Assembly: GCA_964016885.1 (NCBI GenBank)
Contig: OZ024763.1
Location: 22,692,001 to 22,756,000, forward strand
DNA: 64,000 nucleotides
Direction: 5' to 3'
Origin: Eledone cirrhosa
Taxonomy: Eukaryota
This document shows, one piece after another, positions 1 through 12,620 of this stretch (position 1 is the stretch's first letter; every line of letters starts with the position of its first letter). A model generated the notes under the pieces. That model searched no databases. It saw nothing but the letters and a program-made list of their open reading frames with translations, and was not told the DNA's origin. The translations under genes were made by a program, and so were the position numbers.

Positions 1-323
1 CAACTACAGAACATATCAATATTGTATCCTGGAGTCACTGAGTCTTTCTGGTCTTACAGCATAGTCACCTTCATTCAAGTGTCCCGACTACAGAACACAT
101 CATCAATATTGTATCCTGGAGTCACTGGGTGTTTTGTGAGGTCTTACAACATAGGCACCGTCATCCATGGAAAGACCAATGGAAACACTGTTTCCTCGGT
201 TCTATTTGACAAGGTCCACCCCACTCATTAAGCGAGTGAGGTCTGGGATTTTGTCGATCGATCAGAGCGAGCAACCTTAGGAAACTCTTTGCCTTCATGG
301 TCCAGACACACCACTACCTCTAC

Positions 324-830
324 ATGACCATCACCTACGAGTACTGGGATAAGTACAAGCCAAATGCCGCTCCATGACCATCACCTTCGAATACTGGGAT
401 AAGTACAAACCAATTGCCGCTCTATGACCATCACCTTCGAATACTGGGATAAGTACAAGCGAAATGCCGCTCCATGACCATCACATACGAATACTGGGAT
501 AAGTACAAACCAACTGCCGCTCTATGACCATCACCTTCGAATACTGGGATAAGTACAAACCAACTGCCGCTCTATGACCATCACATACGAATACTGGGAT
601 AAGTACAAGCGAAATGCCGCTCCATGACCATCACATACGAATACTGGGATAAGTACAAACCAACTGCCGCTCTATGACCATCACCTTCGAATACTGGGAT
701 AAGTACAAGCGAAATGCCGCTCCATGACCATCACATACGAATACTGGGATAAGTACAAACCAACTGCCGCTCTATGACCATCACATACGAATACTGGGAT
801 AAGTACAAGCGAAATGCCGCTCCATGACCA
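324..830. repeat. 50-bp minisatellite, about 10 copies, two alternating unit variants
   Basis: ATGACCATCAC...GAATACTGGGATAAGTACAA...TGCCGCTC recurs at 324, 374, 424 ... 824. Confidence 0.97.
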
Positions 831-1200
831 CATACAGCCTTTTAAAATGTTATCACTCCTGATTTATCTCCCTCGGTTTAAGTCATATTTGAGTTATCTC
901 GCCTTTCGATTTCAATCTGAACACAACGTTAAGTAAAATAAACAGCAGTGAAACCACCACACAGGGGATATTATTGGGTTTACACCGGTATTTGGAAAAC
1001 TATTTTGGTTGTTAACGTTAATGAAAAGAGGAGGCATGTAAAGTTGTTTTTGGTATGTAGAGTCCTTTCTAAACATGTTACCTGTGTTAAGAATATATGT
1101 ATATATATATTAATAATAATAAATGTGAAGACTGAAATTCGAAGAGGGCTCGATAAGGATTATATATATAAAATATATAAAAACCGTAGAGCAAATATTT

Positions 1201-1330
1201 ATTAAAATAACAGATTAAAGTTTAAACAAAGAATCGCTGCTTTCCCCCTTAACGGGATCTTCTGAAACAGAAGATCCTATTAAGGGTTAAAGTAGCGATT
1301 CTTTGTTTAAACTTTAATCTGTTATTTTTA
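1201..1330. repeat. Inverted repeat of a dispersed element (Penelope-like terminal remnant)
   Basis: AAAATAACAGATTAAAGTTTAAACAAAGAATCGCT... is mirrored around ~1264; the same sequence occurs at ~42230-42325 and ~60525-60600. Confidence 0.7.
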
Positions 1331-1648
1331 TATATATAACAAACACTGCATCACAATTACTGGCTCGTTTCTTCACGTCCAGAAAATACTTGTAGCGGTT
1401 GTCTCCCTTGTTTTGATTGGGATCTAGACGGGAAGTGGAGCCCTTTCTGTAACTACTTCACACTGCTCCCAGACATACTACTTACGGTGTTGTATATAAA
1501 TTAGATTTGTATACTGTGAAATAATGTAGAACTATATTATATACACCCTTGAATAATTTTCCACCTGTACAACTCAACATCGCTACATCGTCCTTCCTTG
1601 GCGTTGTATATTTACTATATTTATACACTTGTATATTAATCTAGTATA

Positions 1649-1863
1649 CAGGGGTGACCACAAAATCACACACTCCTTGATTTCAAATACTTATAATATA
1701 ACAACTTAAATGAATATTCTTACAATATTGGTGGCTACAATTGCATAAACTAACAAAGTTTCATGTGGTATTGGTTGATATAGACACTCGATGTCTGACC
1801 CTTCTGTTGCTCAGCTAACATCAATGTGATTATCAAGCTCGGAGAGTGTTTGTGGTCATCTTG
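1649..1863. mobile_element. Tc1/mariner-type MITE
   Basis: Imperfect TIRs CAGGGGTGACCACAAA / TTTGTGGTCATCTTG, flanked by TA on both sides. Confidence 0.75.
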
Positions 1864-2503
1864 TATATATATATATATATATATGAAAAGATTCAGGACC
1901 CCGACGGCTGAGCTCCGGCCGTTTCGACAGCTAGATCCGAACCAGTTTCATTTGAGGCATAAACATAAAACAATGAACTGAAAAGACTGTTGAACCTCAT
2001 ACATCGAATCGACGGGAGAGTCGATCATACACACACACATATATATATATGTATATCGATTTGATCATTTGAAGTTACCGAGATAAATGGAGGTGGGTAA
2101 AATAAAATAAAAGTGCAATATGAAATCCCTACACCGGTGACATAAGTAAGTTTTACACCGGTATTTTGGATATTGTGTTTATGTAAAGTTTGCTGGTCTA
2201 ATATCTTCTCTACTAAAAACACACGTCTACCCTCCACTCAGATCCCAGTCCTTCCTGTATAGAATCTTGTTTTCATGAACTCCCTGTACATGTCTTTAAA
2301 AAAGACAGTTGACTCGTAACAGTTTAAACAACATATTAACAGCAACGATATCTCTGACATCGCAAACATACACATTAAAATATTGTCTGCTATTGTCTTG
2401 GGGAATGACCGAAAGAATACGATCGCGGATATAAGCTGAGGAAATGGGGTTCGTTACTCGATAAATTGTGTAGCTTTAGGATTTACCGTCTACAGGATTT
2501 ACC

Positions 2504-4468
2504 GTCAGCGGCAGCGTAGTAAGTAAGGCAATCAGAGATATGAAGATAGGGAAGGCAACCGGTCCATCGGGTATAGCTGCCGAGATGCTGAAGGCATCTG
2601 GGTCTGTAGGTCACACTATAACCACACGTATCGTTAACCAGGTAATACTAGAGGGGGCCATACCAAAAGATTGGTGCAGTAGCATCATTGTCAACTGCTA
2701 CAAAGGTAAAGGCGATGCACTAGATAGAGGAAACTATAGAGGTATAAAGTTGATGGACCAGGTCATGAAAGTAACAGAAAGAGTTATAGCACAGCTGATT
2801 AGGGACCGGGTGAATATAGACGAGATGCAATTTGGGTTTGTTCCAGGGAAAGGCACCACTGATGCGCTCTTCCTTGTGAGGCAATTACAGGAAAAGTACC
2901 TAGCTAAAAGTAAGCCACTCTACTTGGCATTTGTCGACCTTGAGAAAGCCTTTGACAGAGTTCCACGTGCAGTAATCTGGTGGGCTCTTAGAAAACTAGG
3001 AGTAGATGAATGGCTTGTGAAAGCGGTACAAGCCATGTATAGGGGAGCAGTCAGCAAAGTTAGGATTGGCAATGAGTATAGCGAGGAATTTAGCGTACAG
3101 GTTGGGGTCCACCAGGGCTCTGTTCTTAGCCCTCTCCTGTTCATCATAGTCCTGCAGGCAATAACGGAGGAGTTTAAGACCGGATGCCCATGGGAACTCC
3201 TGTATGCTGATGACCTCGCACTCATAGCTGAATCTATGGTAGAACTAGAGAATAAATTCCAAACCTGGAAGCAGGGACTAGAGAGAAAGGGCCTCAAAGT
3301 CAACATGACAAAGACTAAGGTCCTTATAAGTAGACGAGAAAACAGAACCCAGATCCCCTCAGGGAAATGGCCTTGCTCAGTATGTAGGAAAGGTGTAGGT
3401 AGGAACTCCATTCTTTGCCCCAAATGCAAACAATGGGTACACAAGAGATGTAGCGGGATCTCAGGAAGCTTAATTAAGAATGTAGGATTCACATGCAGCA
3501 GCTGTGCTGAAACAGCAAGCAAACAGCCACAGGAAACAAGTACCACCAATCTCTGGGAGGGCCCTGTAGAAACAGTAGACAGCTTCTGCTACCTAGGTGA
3601 CCGAATTAGCAACGGAGGTGGGTGCTCAGAAAGTACAATAACTAGGGTAAGAACGGGATGGAAGAAGTTTAGGGAACTACTACCACTGCTAGCTGCAAAA
3701 GGCTTCTCCCTCAGAATGAAAGGCAGACTGTATGATGCGTGTATCCGAACAGCGATGTTGCATGGTAGTGAGACCTGGGCGCTGAAGGTGGAAGACTTAC
3801 GTAGATTAGAGAGAAACGAAGCCTGCATGCTCCGATGGATGTGTAACAGTAATATACGTGAACGACAAAGCATAAATGAATTGAGAGAGAGACTGAGCAT
3901 AAGAGGAATCAAATGCTGCGTGCAGGAGAGGCGGTTACGCTGGTATGGACATGTGATGCGTATGAAGGATGACAGCTGCATAAAAAGGTGCAGAGCACTA
4001 GAAGTTGATGGAAACCGCGGAGTGGGGAGACCCAAGATGACTTGGGATGAGATGATAAAAGCCGACCTTACCCAACTACACCTCTCAAAGTCAATGACAC
4101 ACGACCGTGACTTCTGGCGTCACGCAGTAATACAGGGTACCCGACCTCCCATGGGTACATGCTGAAGCATATAAACAATATGCCCCCCCCCCCCACCGCA
4201 AGGTGGTCGTGGAGGTGCCACGGCAAAAAAGCACCCAGCCCACACTGTAAAGTGGACGTGTAGGCGCCACGAAAAAGCACCCAGCACTCACTGTAAATGA
4301 GGTTGGTGTTAGGAAGGGCATCCAGCTGTAGAAATCAAGCCAGATCAGTTCCTGTATGAGCAAGGCATGGTCAGCCGACCAGACACTGCCCACAACAGGA
4401 CAACCCGTCTAACCCATGCTAGCGTGGAAGAACGGACGTAAAACGGTGATGATGATGATGATGATGAT
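2504..4468 (+). mobile_element. 5'-truncated RTE-clade LINE, subfamily A
   Basis: RT ORF followed by a 3' UTR ending in a (GAT)n tail; near-identical to 38127-40087. Confidence 0.95.
2540..4165 (+). CDS. RTE reverse transcriptase, uninterrupted but lacking the endonuclease; PHD finger inserted
   Basis: Motifs NYRGIKL, QFGF, FVDLEKAFD, GVHQGSVLSP, YADD, YLG, RLRWYGHV, GRPKMTW. Confidence 0.9.
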   Translation: MKIGKATGPSGIAAEMLKASGSVGHTITTRIVNQVILEGAIPKDWCSSIIVNCYKGKGDALDRGNYRGIKLMDQVMKVTERVIAQLIRDRVNIDEMQFGFVPGKGTTDALFLVRQLQEKYLAKSKPLYLAFVDLEKAFDRVPRAVIWWALRKLGVDEWLVKAVQAMYRGAVSKVRIGNEYSEEFSVQVGVHQGSVLSPLLFIIVLQAITEEFKTGCPWELLYADDLALIAESMVELENKFQTWKQGLERKGLKVNMTKTKVLISRRENRTQIPSGKWPCSVCRKGVGRNSILCPKCKQWVHKRCSGISGSLIKNVGFTCSSCAETASKQPQETSTTNLWEGPVETVDSFCYLGDRISNGGGCSESTITRVRTGWKKFRELLPLLAAKGFSLRMKGRLYDACIRTAMLHGSETWALKVEDLRRLERNEACMLRWMCNSNIRERQSINELRERLSIRGIKCCVQERRLRWYGHVMRMKDDSCIKRCRALEVDGNRGVGRPKMTWDEMIKADLTQLHLSKSMTHDRDFWRHAVIQGTRPPMGTC

Positions 4469-6957
4469 AGCCTATTTGAAAAAAGTGCCCCCAAAACGGG
4501 AAGAAATGAGGCAAAATAGGGAGATTTTACATAATGAAAGATATACCCACATAAATATTTATTTATGTGTGTATACATATATATGTGTTGTTTTGATTGC
4601 CAGTTCTAGCATATTTATTGCTGTTTTTTATGAAAAATACAGAACCCAGAAGTGAAAAAATTGAAAAATCTTTGGTCAAAATTTAGGCGAACCTTTTTAA
4701 ACAAAAGGATTTTTTTTGTAAACAAACTTGAAATTTTTGCCAAGAAACATAACTCTTGTCTGACTTAAACGCAAAAATTGATGCAAAAACTTTGCGTGTC
4801 TGCAAATTATAGGGACTACGAATTTGTTCTGAAAATTAATATTTATAAAACTACATTTTGTCCTGTTGAAAACTCGATGTGGTGACGTCCTTGAATTCAT
4901 CCCCCGAGGCGAATTCATAAAGTAAATCTAGGCTTGATTTGAACCTACAACAACTCCCGTCTGCAATAATGTCATACCTCATTCCAGCTTAGTACGTCGT
5001 AGCCGTAAATTGTTAAACGTCGTTCCTATATATACATGCAAGTAAGATTTGAACCTACAATGCTGTGCTTAATTTCTATTAATAAGTGTGTTTTATAAAA
5101 GAAAGTAAAGAAAAAATTTAATGAAAGTAAAAAATATATTTTATTTAGTAATTTTTTTTAATTTCATGTATTCACTTCATTAACTGCTGAATAGTTCTCT
5201 TGTTTTTGTTTGTTCTTACCATTATTTACTGTAAATGGCGACTGTGACGAGACTGGATTATTACCAAGTTTTACTGGATGATGGCATTTCCTTATTGTAT
5301 TATTTTGTTGTCAGTGGACATCTCTGTAAATACCTGGAATAAACATAAGGTGTGTCTTTTACGTAACATTTCTTTTAAAATAAAACAAATAAACAGGACA
5401 GGTAGACTCCATCAAAAGAGACCACAGAGATGAGGTACGAATAATCTAAAATTAATTTTAAAAAAAAAGACAATGTTTAAAGAACATTAAACATTAAAAG
5501 AACATTAAAAAAAGGATTTCCAACAAACACGTAAAGACAATCACATCCACAATTTAATATCTGAAGATCAACATTTTTCTTGTTGCCATCGCAAGTTCAA
5601 ATTCATTACCACTAGAAAAATAAAGCTGTAAATGGTATGACTTTGTGTTCAAATCAAGCAAGTTCCTTACAGTGTGAGGATAAAAAAAAAATTATTGTTT
5701 TAAGTTGATTCGAAATCCAACCACAGCATTCCCTAGTTCTATGTCTTACCACTAGACTATAAAGACTTAAGCGATTTTCTTCTGAGTATATACATATATA
5801 AACTTAATTTCAGTCTAACAATAAAATAGCTTTAAATAAGTTAATTTTCCCTCCGTATTTGCTGGTCTGTAGGTGGCCGTGTGGATAGTTGTGGTGTATC
5901 TATGCATCAATTGAGTGTGTCTAGGTTGCAGATGAGATTTCGATCTTAAATTTAAAACCCGGGGCCACGATCATCTCAAAGCCACCTTTTTAGTTCCCCT
6001 TCGGCTCGAACCTACACTACCAACGATACCACACGTCCACCAAGCGGTCGTAATTCCACTGTGCAAATATCATATATTTAAATCTATTTTAGCATTTCTT
6101 TAATAAAGAACCACATACGATGTTTGACATAATTGAAAAAAATATTATTTTACTATTTCATAAGCTCTGGCAGGTATCGAAAACCTCATATATAGATTCA
6201 TTTTACTTACGTCAAAAACACACATATGTATATATAATAATAATATTTTGATAACTTTTCAGTGACAAAATACATACATCGATACGGTTTCCAATCTCAG
6301 AAATATCTCCACTAGAGATGTGTGTGTATATCTTTATTATTCCTTTGAAAAGAAGTTTTAATCCAAAGTCCTGGCAGATATTGCAACTCCATCTGTAGAT
6401 TCATTTAAATACATTGTATTTGACTTACGTGAAATTAAATATATAATTTGTTTTTAAATTTTGTTTTCAAGTACCAAAATAAAAACACATTAGTAAGGTT
6501 TTCAGTCTCTTAAATGCGTGGTTGTTATAGACACTTAACTATTCTTGTAGGGGTGTCGTATTTACCGTCATGTGTGCATTTAAATCTGACTAAGTCAATC
6601 CTCCACCCTCCTGGTCTAAAAACAGCCTATTTATTTTACAGGAGAGAAAGCGAGATACCTTTCTTATGCCTAATTTTGCATTTGACTTATAATTTCTTTT
6701 CCTTCTCTTATTCTAAAATTAATTTAAAGAAAGACAAACATTAAAAAGGGATTTCCAACAAACACGTAAAGACAATCACATCCACAATTTAATATCTGAA
6801 GATCAACATTTTTCACCATATAAATAAAACTAAATATGTAAAATTAAGTGACCTCTCATTTATTTGCTCTAATTTATTTTACTAATCTGTATTCTGTAGA
6901 CATATTTTCGTTGGTGTACCTTACGATTTTGTTGATGAAATTTCTCTCGTCTTTAGA

Positions 6958-7051
6958 TTGACTTTGCCTTTCATCCTTACGGGGTCGATAAAATAAAGTA
7001 CCAGTAATGCACTGGGTAATTGCTGGCCTTGTGCCTAAAGTAGAAACAATT
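6958..7051 (+). mobile_element. 5'-truncated tRNA-derived SINE
   Basis: ACTTTGCCTTTCATCCTTACGGGGTCGATAAAATAAAGTACCAG core; absent from the paralogous site at ~9600. Confidence 0.9.
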
Positions 7052-7446
7052 ATTTCTTATAAAAGTTATAATACTCACCTCTTCCCATTATATCTATATT
7101 TTACTTCTGGAATACTGTATTATCATTTATATTTTCGTGTCCATATTATTAAATATTAAGGTTGTTATGTAATATTTACAATACCGACTATAGATAAGGG
7201 GAAGTGGGAGGGGTAATTATTTAATCAGAGCTAATCCCACACCTTCTGTTTTTAGATTGCACCAGGGTTTCCCAACATGGGTGATTTCATATATACATAC
7301 ACATATATCGACAAATGTATATAAATGTCTACACACACATATATATCTCTATATGGAGATTTGACCGATAGATAGTATATTAGCAATTGGAAAGACCAAT
7401 GGAAATATTGTTTCCTTGGTCCGATTTGACGAAAGTCGATCGACTG

Positions 7447-7494
<48 letters not shown>

Positions 7495-8213
7495 CCCATA
7501 CATTAATATATACTCACATCTATGTAAATATATATTAAAAACATATACCATCATAATAACGATTGACTAACCATCAGGACACATGCTTGCTCTTGTGAAA
7601 ATTCTCACAGAGACACTTACGAAATCCGAACTTGCTACCCCACGTACACTTACATACACACACTTGTTCATACACAGACGTACAGAAGAGGTATGACTTA
7701 TATAGGTACATCAAAGTTTATGTTCCACTATAGCTCCATTCGAGTACCGGGGTCGTTTCTTCTATATATTTTTCTTACTTCCGTTCTCCTACTCTCTATC
7801 CTTATCTCTATCCTTATCTGGAAAAATATCTCCTGTGATCAGATCTGGGGTGGAGATGGAATCTGTCAGCTTTCAAAAAAATACTTTCGACACCCCGAAT
7901 GCCAATGTGCCACCTCTACGACTCCCTCACAAGTTATGGGATGTTTATGTAGATCTCTTTTACTCGATGATGGAAGACAAGATTTCAGTGAGTCAGAAAG
8001 GAATATTTGCGATATGAAGGGAGAACCTCTCTGAATAAATATTAGATAGTTCAGATGCTACGTAAAGCTGGCGGTGACAACATCGAAGACCAGAGATGCT
8101 GTGTGGAAATAGACATCGTCATATATATACACATAGGGGGACCTTATAATCATAGATACTTGAGCTTATGAACAAACGCACATATATAGATTCATTTTAC
8201 TTATATATATATT

Positions 8214-8266
<53 letters not shown>

Positions 8267-8267
8267 T

Positions 8268-8306
<39 letters not shown>

Positions 8307-9091
8307 TCATACATATATATATATATGTGTGTGTTCATACATATATATATGTGGCTTCTACAGAACTAGAAGTCGTTCTTTCGGAAGAAATCAAAGGCTT
8401 TTCTGTTGATTTTTTTCCGAATGAAACAGTTCTATTCCTGTAGAAGCCATTTCTATACTAAATATTTATACTCTGTTATGTATTGAGTACCTTACTTACT
8501 GTAGTTACCGCCGATTGAACCCGGGATAAACAATCACACACACACATATATATATATATACACACACGAGTGCACAGGTGTATGGAGTCCTCAAATTAAC
8601 ACTAAGAATTCCTCCCGATGTCCCGCCACACATCACATCTTCCAGTAAATGTTGATTAGTAAACAAACCGTGTATCTCCCATGTCAGAGGGAACACGTGT
8701 TGAATATATGTGACGTGTGTAATAGTAATAATATAATAGTAGTAGTAGTAAGTATATTTTAAGGAAGACAATGTTATTTAAATTATCACAAATGAATACA
8801 TATACGTATCTACACTCGTACGTACATAAAAGTTTATAAGTAAAACACAAAGAAAGTTATAAACAGAACATAACTTACCAAATCGAATTCCGAAGGATAC
8901 ACTTGATGTTGAGTGCTTGAATCTGGTCCCATTATCGTTTGCTGATACGATTATTGCATACACAACACAAGTTTAAAGAGTTACCTGTTTTTGTTTGTTC
9001 TTACCATTGTTTACTGTAAATGGCGACTGTGACGAGACTGGATTATTACCAAGTTTTACTGAAATGAAGGCATTTCCTTATTGTATTATTT

Positions 9092-9204
9092 TTCAAATCC
9101 CGCCGAGGTTAACTTTGCCTTTCATCCTTACGGGGTCGATAAAATAAAGTACCAGTAATGTACTGAGTAATTGCTGGCCTTGTGCCTAAAATAGAAACAA
9201 TTAT
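9092..9204 (+). mobile_element. 5'-truncated tRNA-derived SINE with short TTATTT target duplication
   Basis: Same core; the empty site TTGTATTATTTTGTTG is visible in the paralog at ~5295-5310. Confidence 0.9.
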
Positions 9205-9760
9205 TTTGTTGACATGGAGACATCTCTCTAAGTACCTGGAATAAACATAAGGTGTGTCTTTTACGTAACATTTCATTTAATATCTGATGTTTTAATGGAT
9301 CACTTTTAAAATAAAACCAATAAACAGGACAGGTAGACTCCATCAAAAAAGACCACAGAGATGAGGTACAAATAATCTAAAATTAATTTTAAAAAGAAAA
9401 CAATGTTTAAAGAATGACAAACAATCACATCCACAATTTAATATCTGAAGATCAACATTTTTCACGATATAAATATGTAAAGTTAAGCGACCTCTCATTT
9501 ATTTGCTCTAACTTTATTTTACTAATCTGTATTCTGTAGACTTATATTTTCGTTGGTGTACATTACGATTTCGTTGCTGAAATTTTCTTTCGTCTTTAGA
9601 TCTTTATTTCTTATAAAAGTTATAATACTCACCTCTTCCCATTATATTTTCATATATATATATATTTACATTTACTTCTACCTGGCGTTTCGACCGATAG
9701 ATAGTATTAGCAATTGGAAAGACCAATGGAAACATTGTTTCCTCGCTCCCATTTGACGAA

Positions 9761-9798
<38 letters not shown>

Positions 9799-11699
9799 CC
9801 CATACATATATATTAAACACACATACCATATACCATCATAATAACGATTGGCTAACCTTCAGGACATGCTTGCTCATGTGAAAATTCTCACAGAGACACT
9901 TACGAAAACCGAACTTGCAATACCACGTACACACATACGTACATACATATATAGAATAGGTATGACTTATATAGGTACATCAAAGTTTAGGTTTCGCTAT
10001 TGTACCATTCGAGGTAGTTAGAAAGAAGTACCAGTGTAGTACTGGGGGTCGATTCTTCTTCTATATCTCTTTCTCACTCTCTATAATTCTCTGTAAGACA
10101 TCTGTGACCAGATCTGGGGTGGAGATGGGATCTGTCAACTTTTACAAAGTACCCTAGACACCCTGAATGTCAATGTGGGGCCTCTAGGATTCCCTCACAA
10201 GTTATAGGTCGCTACATACATATATAGCAACTTATTCTTTATTTAGATCTCTTTTACTCGATGATGCTAGACAAGTTTTCAGTGAGTCAGAAAGGAATAT
10301 TAGATAGTTAAGATGCTACGTAAAGCAGGCGGTGACAACATCGAGGACCAGATGTGCCACGTGGAAATAGAATTCGACATATATATATACAAGGACAGGG
10401 GGACCTTATCATCATAGACACTTGGGCTTATGAACACACACACACAAACATATATTTATATACATACATGCATAGATACATATATATATATGTGTGTGGC
10501 TTCTGCAGGACTAGAACGGTTTCATTCGGAAGAAATCAAGGGTTTTCCTGAAGATTTTTTCCGAATGAAACAGTTCTTGTCCCGCAGAAGACATTTCTAT
10601 ATGAAATATTTATACTCTAATATATATTGAGTACCTTACTTACTGTGGCGTTCATGCCTTTCTTAGAGTCGACTTTCAAAGGGTCGACTTTGTCTTTCAT
10701 AATTCAGGGTCTTTCATGAAGTAAATATTCATTTTATTTCTTAACTCCCTAGAATTGATTTGAATTTACAATGACTTCGTCTGCAATAATGTTCACTAAT
10801 TTCAAATCTGCCATACCTAAATCCTGTGTGCGACTTACAAATAAATTGTTAAACGTCACTTTTATCAATGTAAGATTGGAACCTACAGTGATGTGCTTTG
10901 CAGTAATGTCCCGTAACTCCAACTAGATTGAGCTAAGCTTGTATATTTCTTTCGTCCGAATAACATAATGGTTTCGATCCCAGTTCGCTACTGGTACAAG
11001 AAATAATTTAAAGAAATTCTATATCCCCAGCTAAATATTGAACTCCTAACGACATTTTATGTTACTTAATACCAATAACCCCGTTACACACTGAACACAT
11101 TTATAACTCAATTTCTAATTTTTAAATGATATTACACCACCTTTGTGTTCTCGGTGGATATTAATTTACAATTTTATAGCAGAAAAATAGTGTACCAGTC
11201 ATTTTATAGGTTCAATTTAATCGATCGGCTTCTCCCCATCAATCACTTGACATTTGCCAAACGAAGACACACAAACAGTATATATATATATATGATACGA
11301 CAAATCTGAAATAAATTACGCGTTTAATTAAGAAAAAGAATTATTGAAAGTAAGAAATTATAATTATTTAGTAATAATATTTTTATTGTTTGTTTTCACT
11401 GTATTTACTGCTGAGTGACTTATTTTTCTTATTATTTTCTACTGTAAATGGCGGCTACCACGATATTGGATTATTACTAAGGTTTACTGGATGGTGGCGT
11501 TTCCTTATTGTATTATTTTACAAACTGGATAACTTTCTAAATACCTGGAATAAATGTAAGAAACTTTGTTTTTTTCATCCTCAGAACAATGGTCATCTCT
11601 TATATTTACATTTTCTTCCCCAATTCTGTATTTTGAATATTTATATCATGTCACTCGTTTGATTAATCTCCTCCAAAGTTGTGAACTAATGTTGATATT

Positions 11700-12620
11700 T
11701 TCAAGTCTTGACATTTATATGGAATAGTGTACTAATATTTAAATAGTCTTTATATTTTTATCCTGTCTCCCCTAAATTTACAAAAGTTTCTCATATTCCT
11801 TCACAAGACAGATCCCTAAAGAATTCTAGTGTATTCTGTTTTCTTCTTCTCTGGGTTGCTTCAAGAGCCTCACCGTTTTTTCGAATGTCGGTTGACCATG
11901 GCCCAAAACAATATTCTCAGTGGTATCACACATATTCATCTAGAGTTTTAGATTTTTCAGCATTTAGCTAGGAAAAAGAATCTTTTATTATTTCTATTAT
12001 CCGTCTCGCTGTATTGTTTCAACATGGTTAGCCATCTTTCAATTCATATTCATACATATTCACAATTCTTCTGTGAGGGGGTATAAGAAGCTCGTTGTTT
12101 GCTCAACATTCGATACCAAATCATGCTTCCTTTTTATAACTTCGTTGTACGAATATAATAATTAACGTATATATATATATATATGGCTACTTATTAACTC
12201 TTTCCCGAAACATTTATTTCTTCAAAATAAGGTAAGACATATCCCGAAAAATATTATAAGGTGTCTCAATAATTATTCCATTTCAGTTTTCTTTAAAAAT
12301 GTCTTGGCGTTGAAGATTTGTCCTTCTCATAGTAATTAGCTTGTCTCAAAATTGTTCGCAGTGTTTCCATGTTTAGTGTCACAAACGACCGTTAATTTAA
12401 GATTTTGCTCTAATCTAATAAATGTTACTTTTAAAAGAGTGAAGCTCTCAATTTTTTCTTTCTCTTGTATATTGATATCCAAAGAATGACAAATGTATGT
12501 GTTATGTGATAGGAGAAAAAAAACCCACGGCCTTCTTCTAGAAGGCTAACTGACAATGTCGTTCGTAGGAGTGACAAGTACTCGATAACAGTGAGCATCA
12601 CGTGTTTAGTGATGGTCACC
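11700..12620 (-). mobile_element. Heavily decayed CR1-type LINE RT/C-terminal fragment
   Basis: Manual minus-strand translation ARRIIEIIKDSFS*LNAEK..YV*YH*EYCFGPWS..EALEATQRR..FRDLSCE resembles the CR1 ORF2 consensus (RPHLEYC...LEKVQRRATK...LSYEERL). Confidence 0.7.

Noticed and set aside
324-830. CRISPR-like regular array
   Set aside because: Units are contiguous with no unique spacers; eukaryotic context; no cas genes
2920-4035. Antisense ORFs over RTE and Tx1 coding regions
   Set aside because: Shadow frames of the sense ORFs with no recognisable motifs
4469-4935. DNA transposon bounded by AGCCTA/TAGGCT
   Set aside because: The match is too short to distinguish from chance; no TSD or coding remnant
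5220-5333. Selenocysteine-containing symmetric coding exon (single TGA in one frame)
   Set aside because: The frame is not conserved in the paralogous copies and no SECIS was recognised
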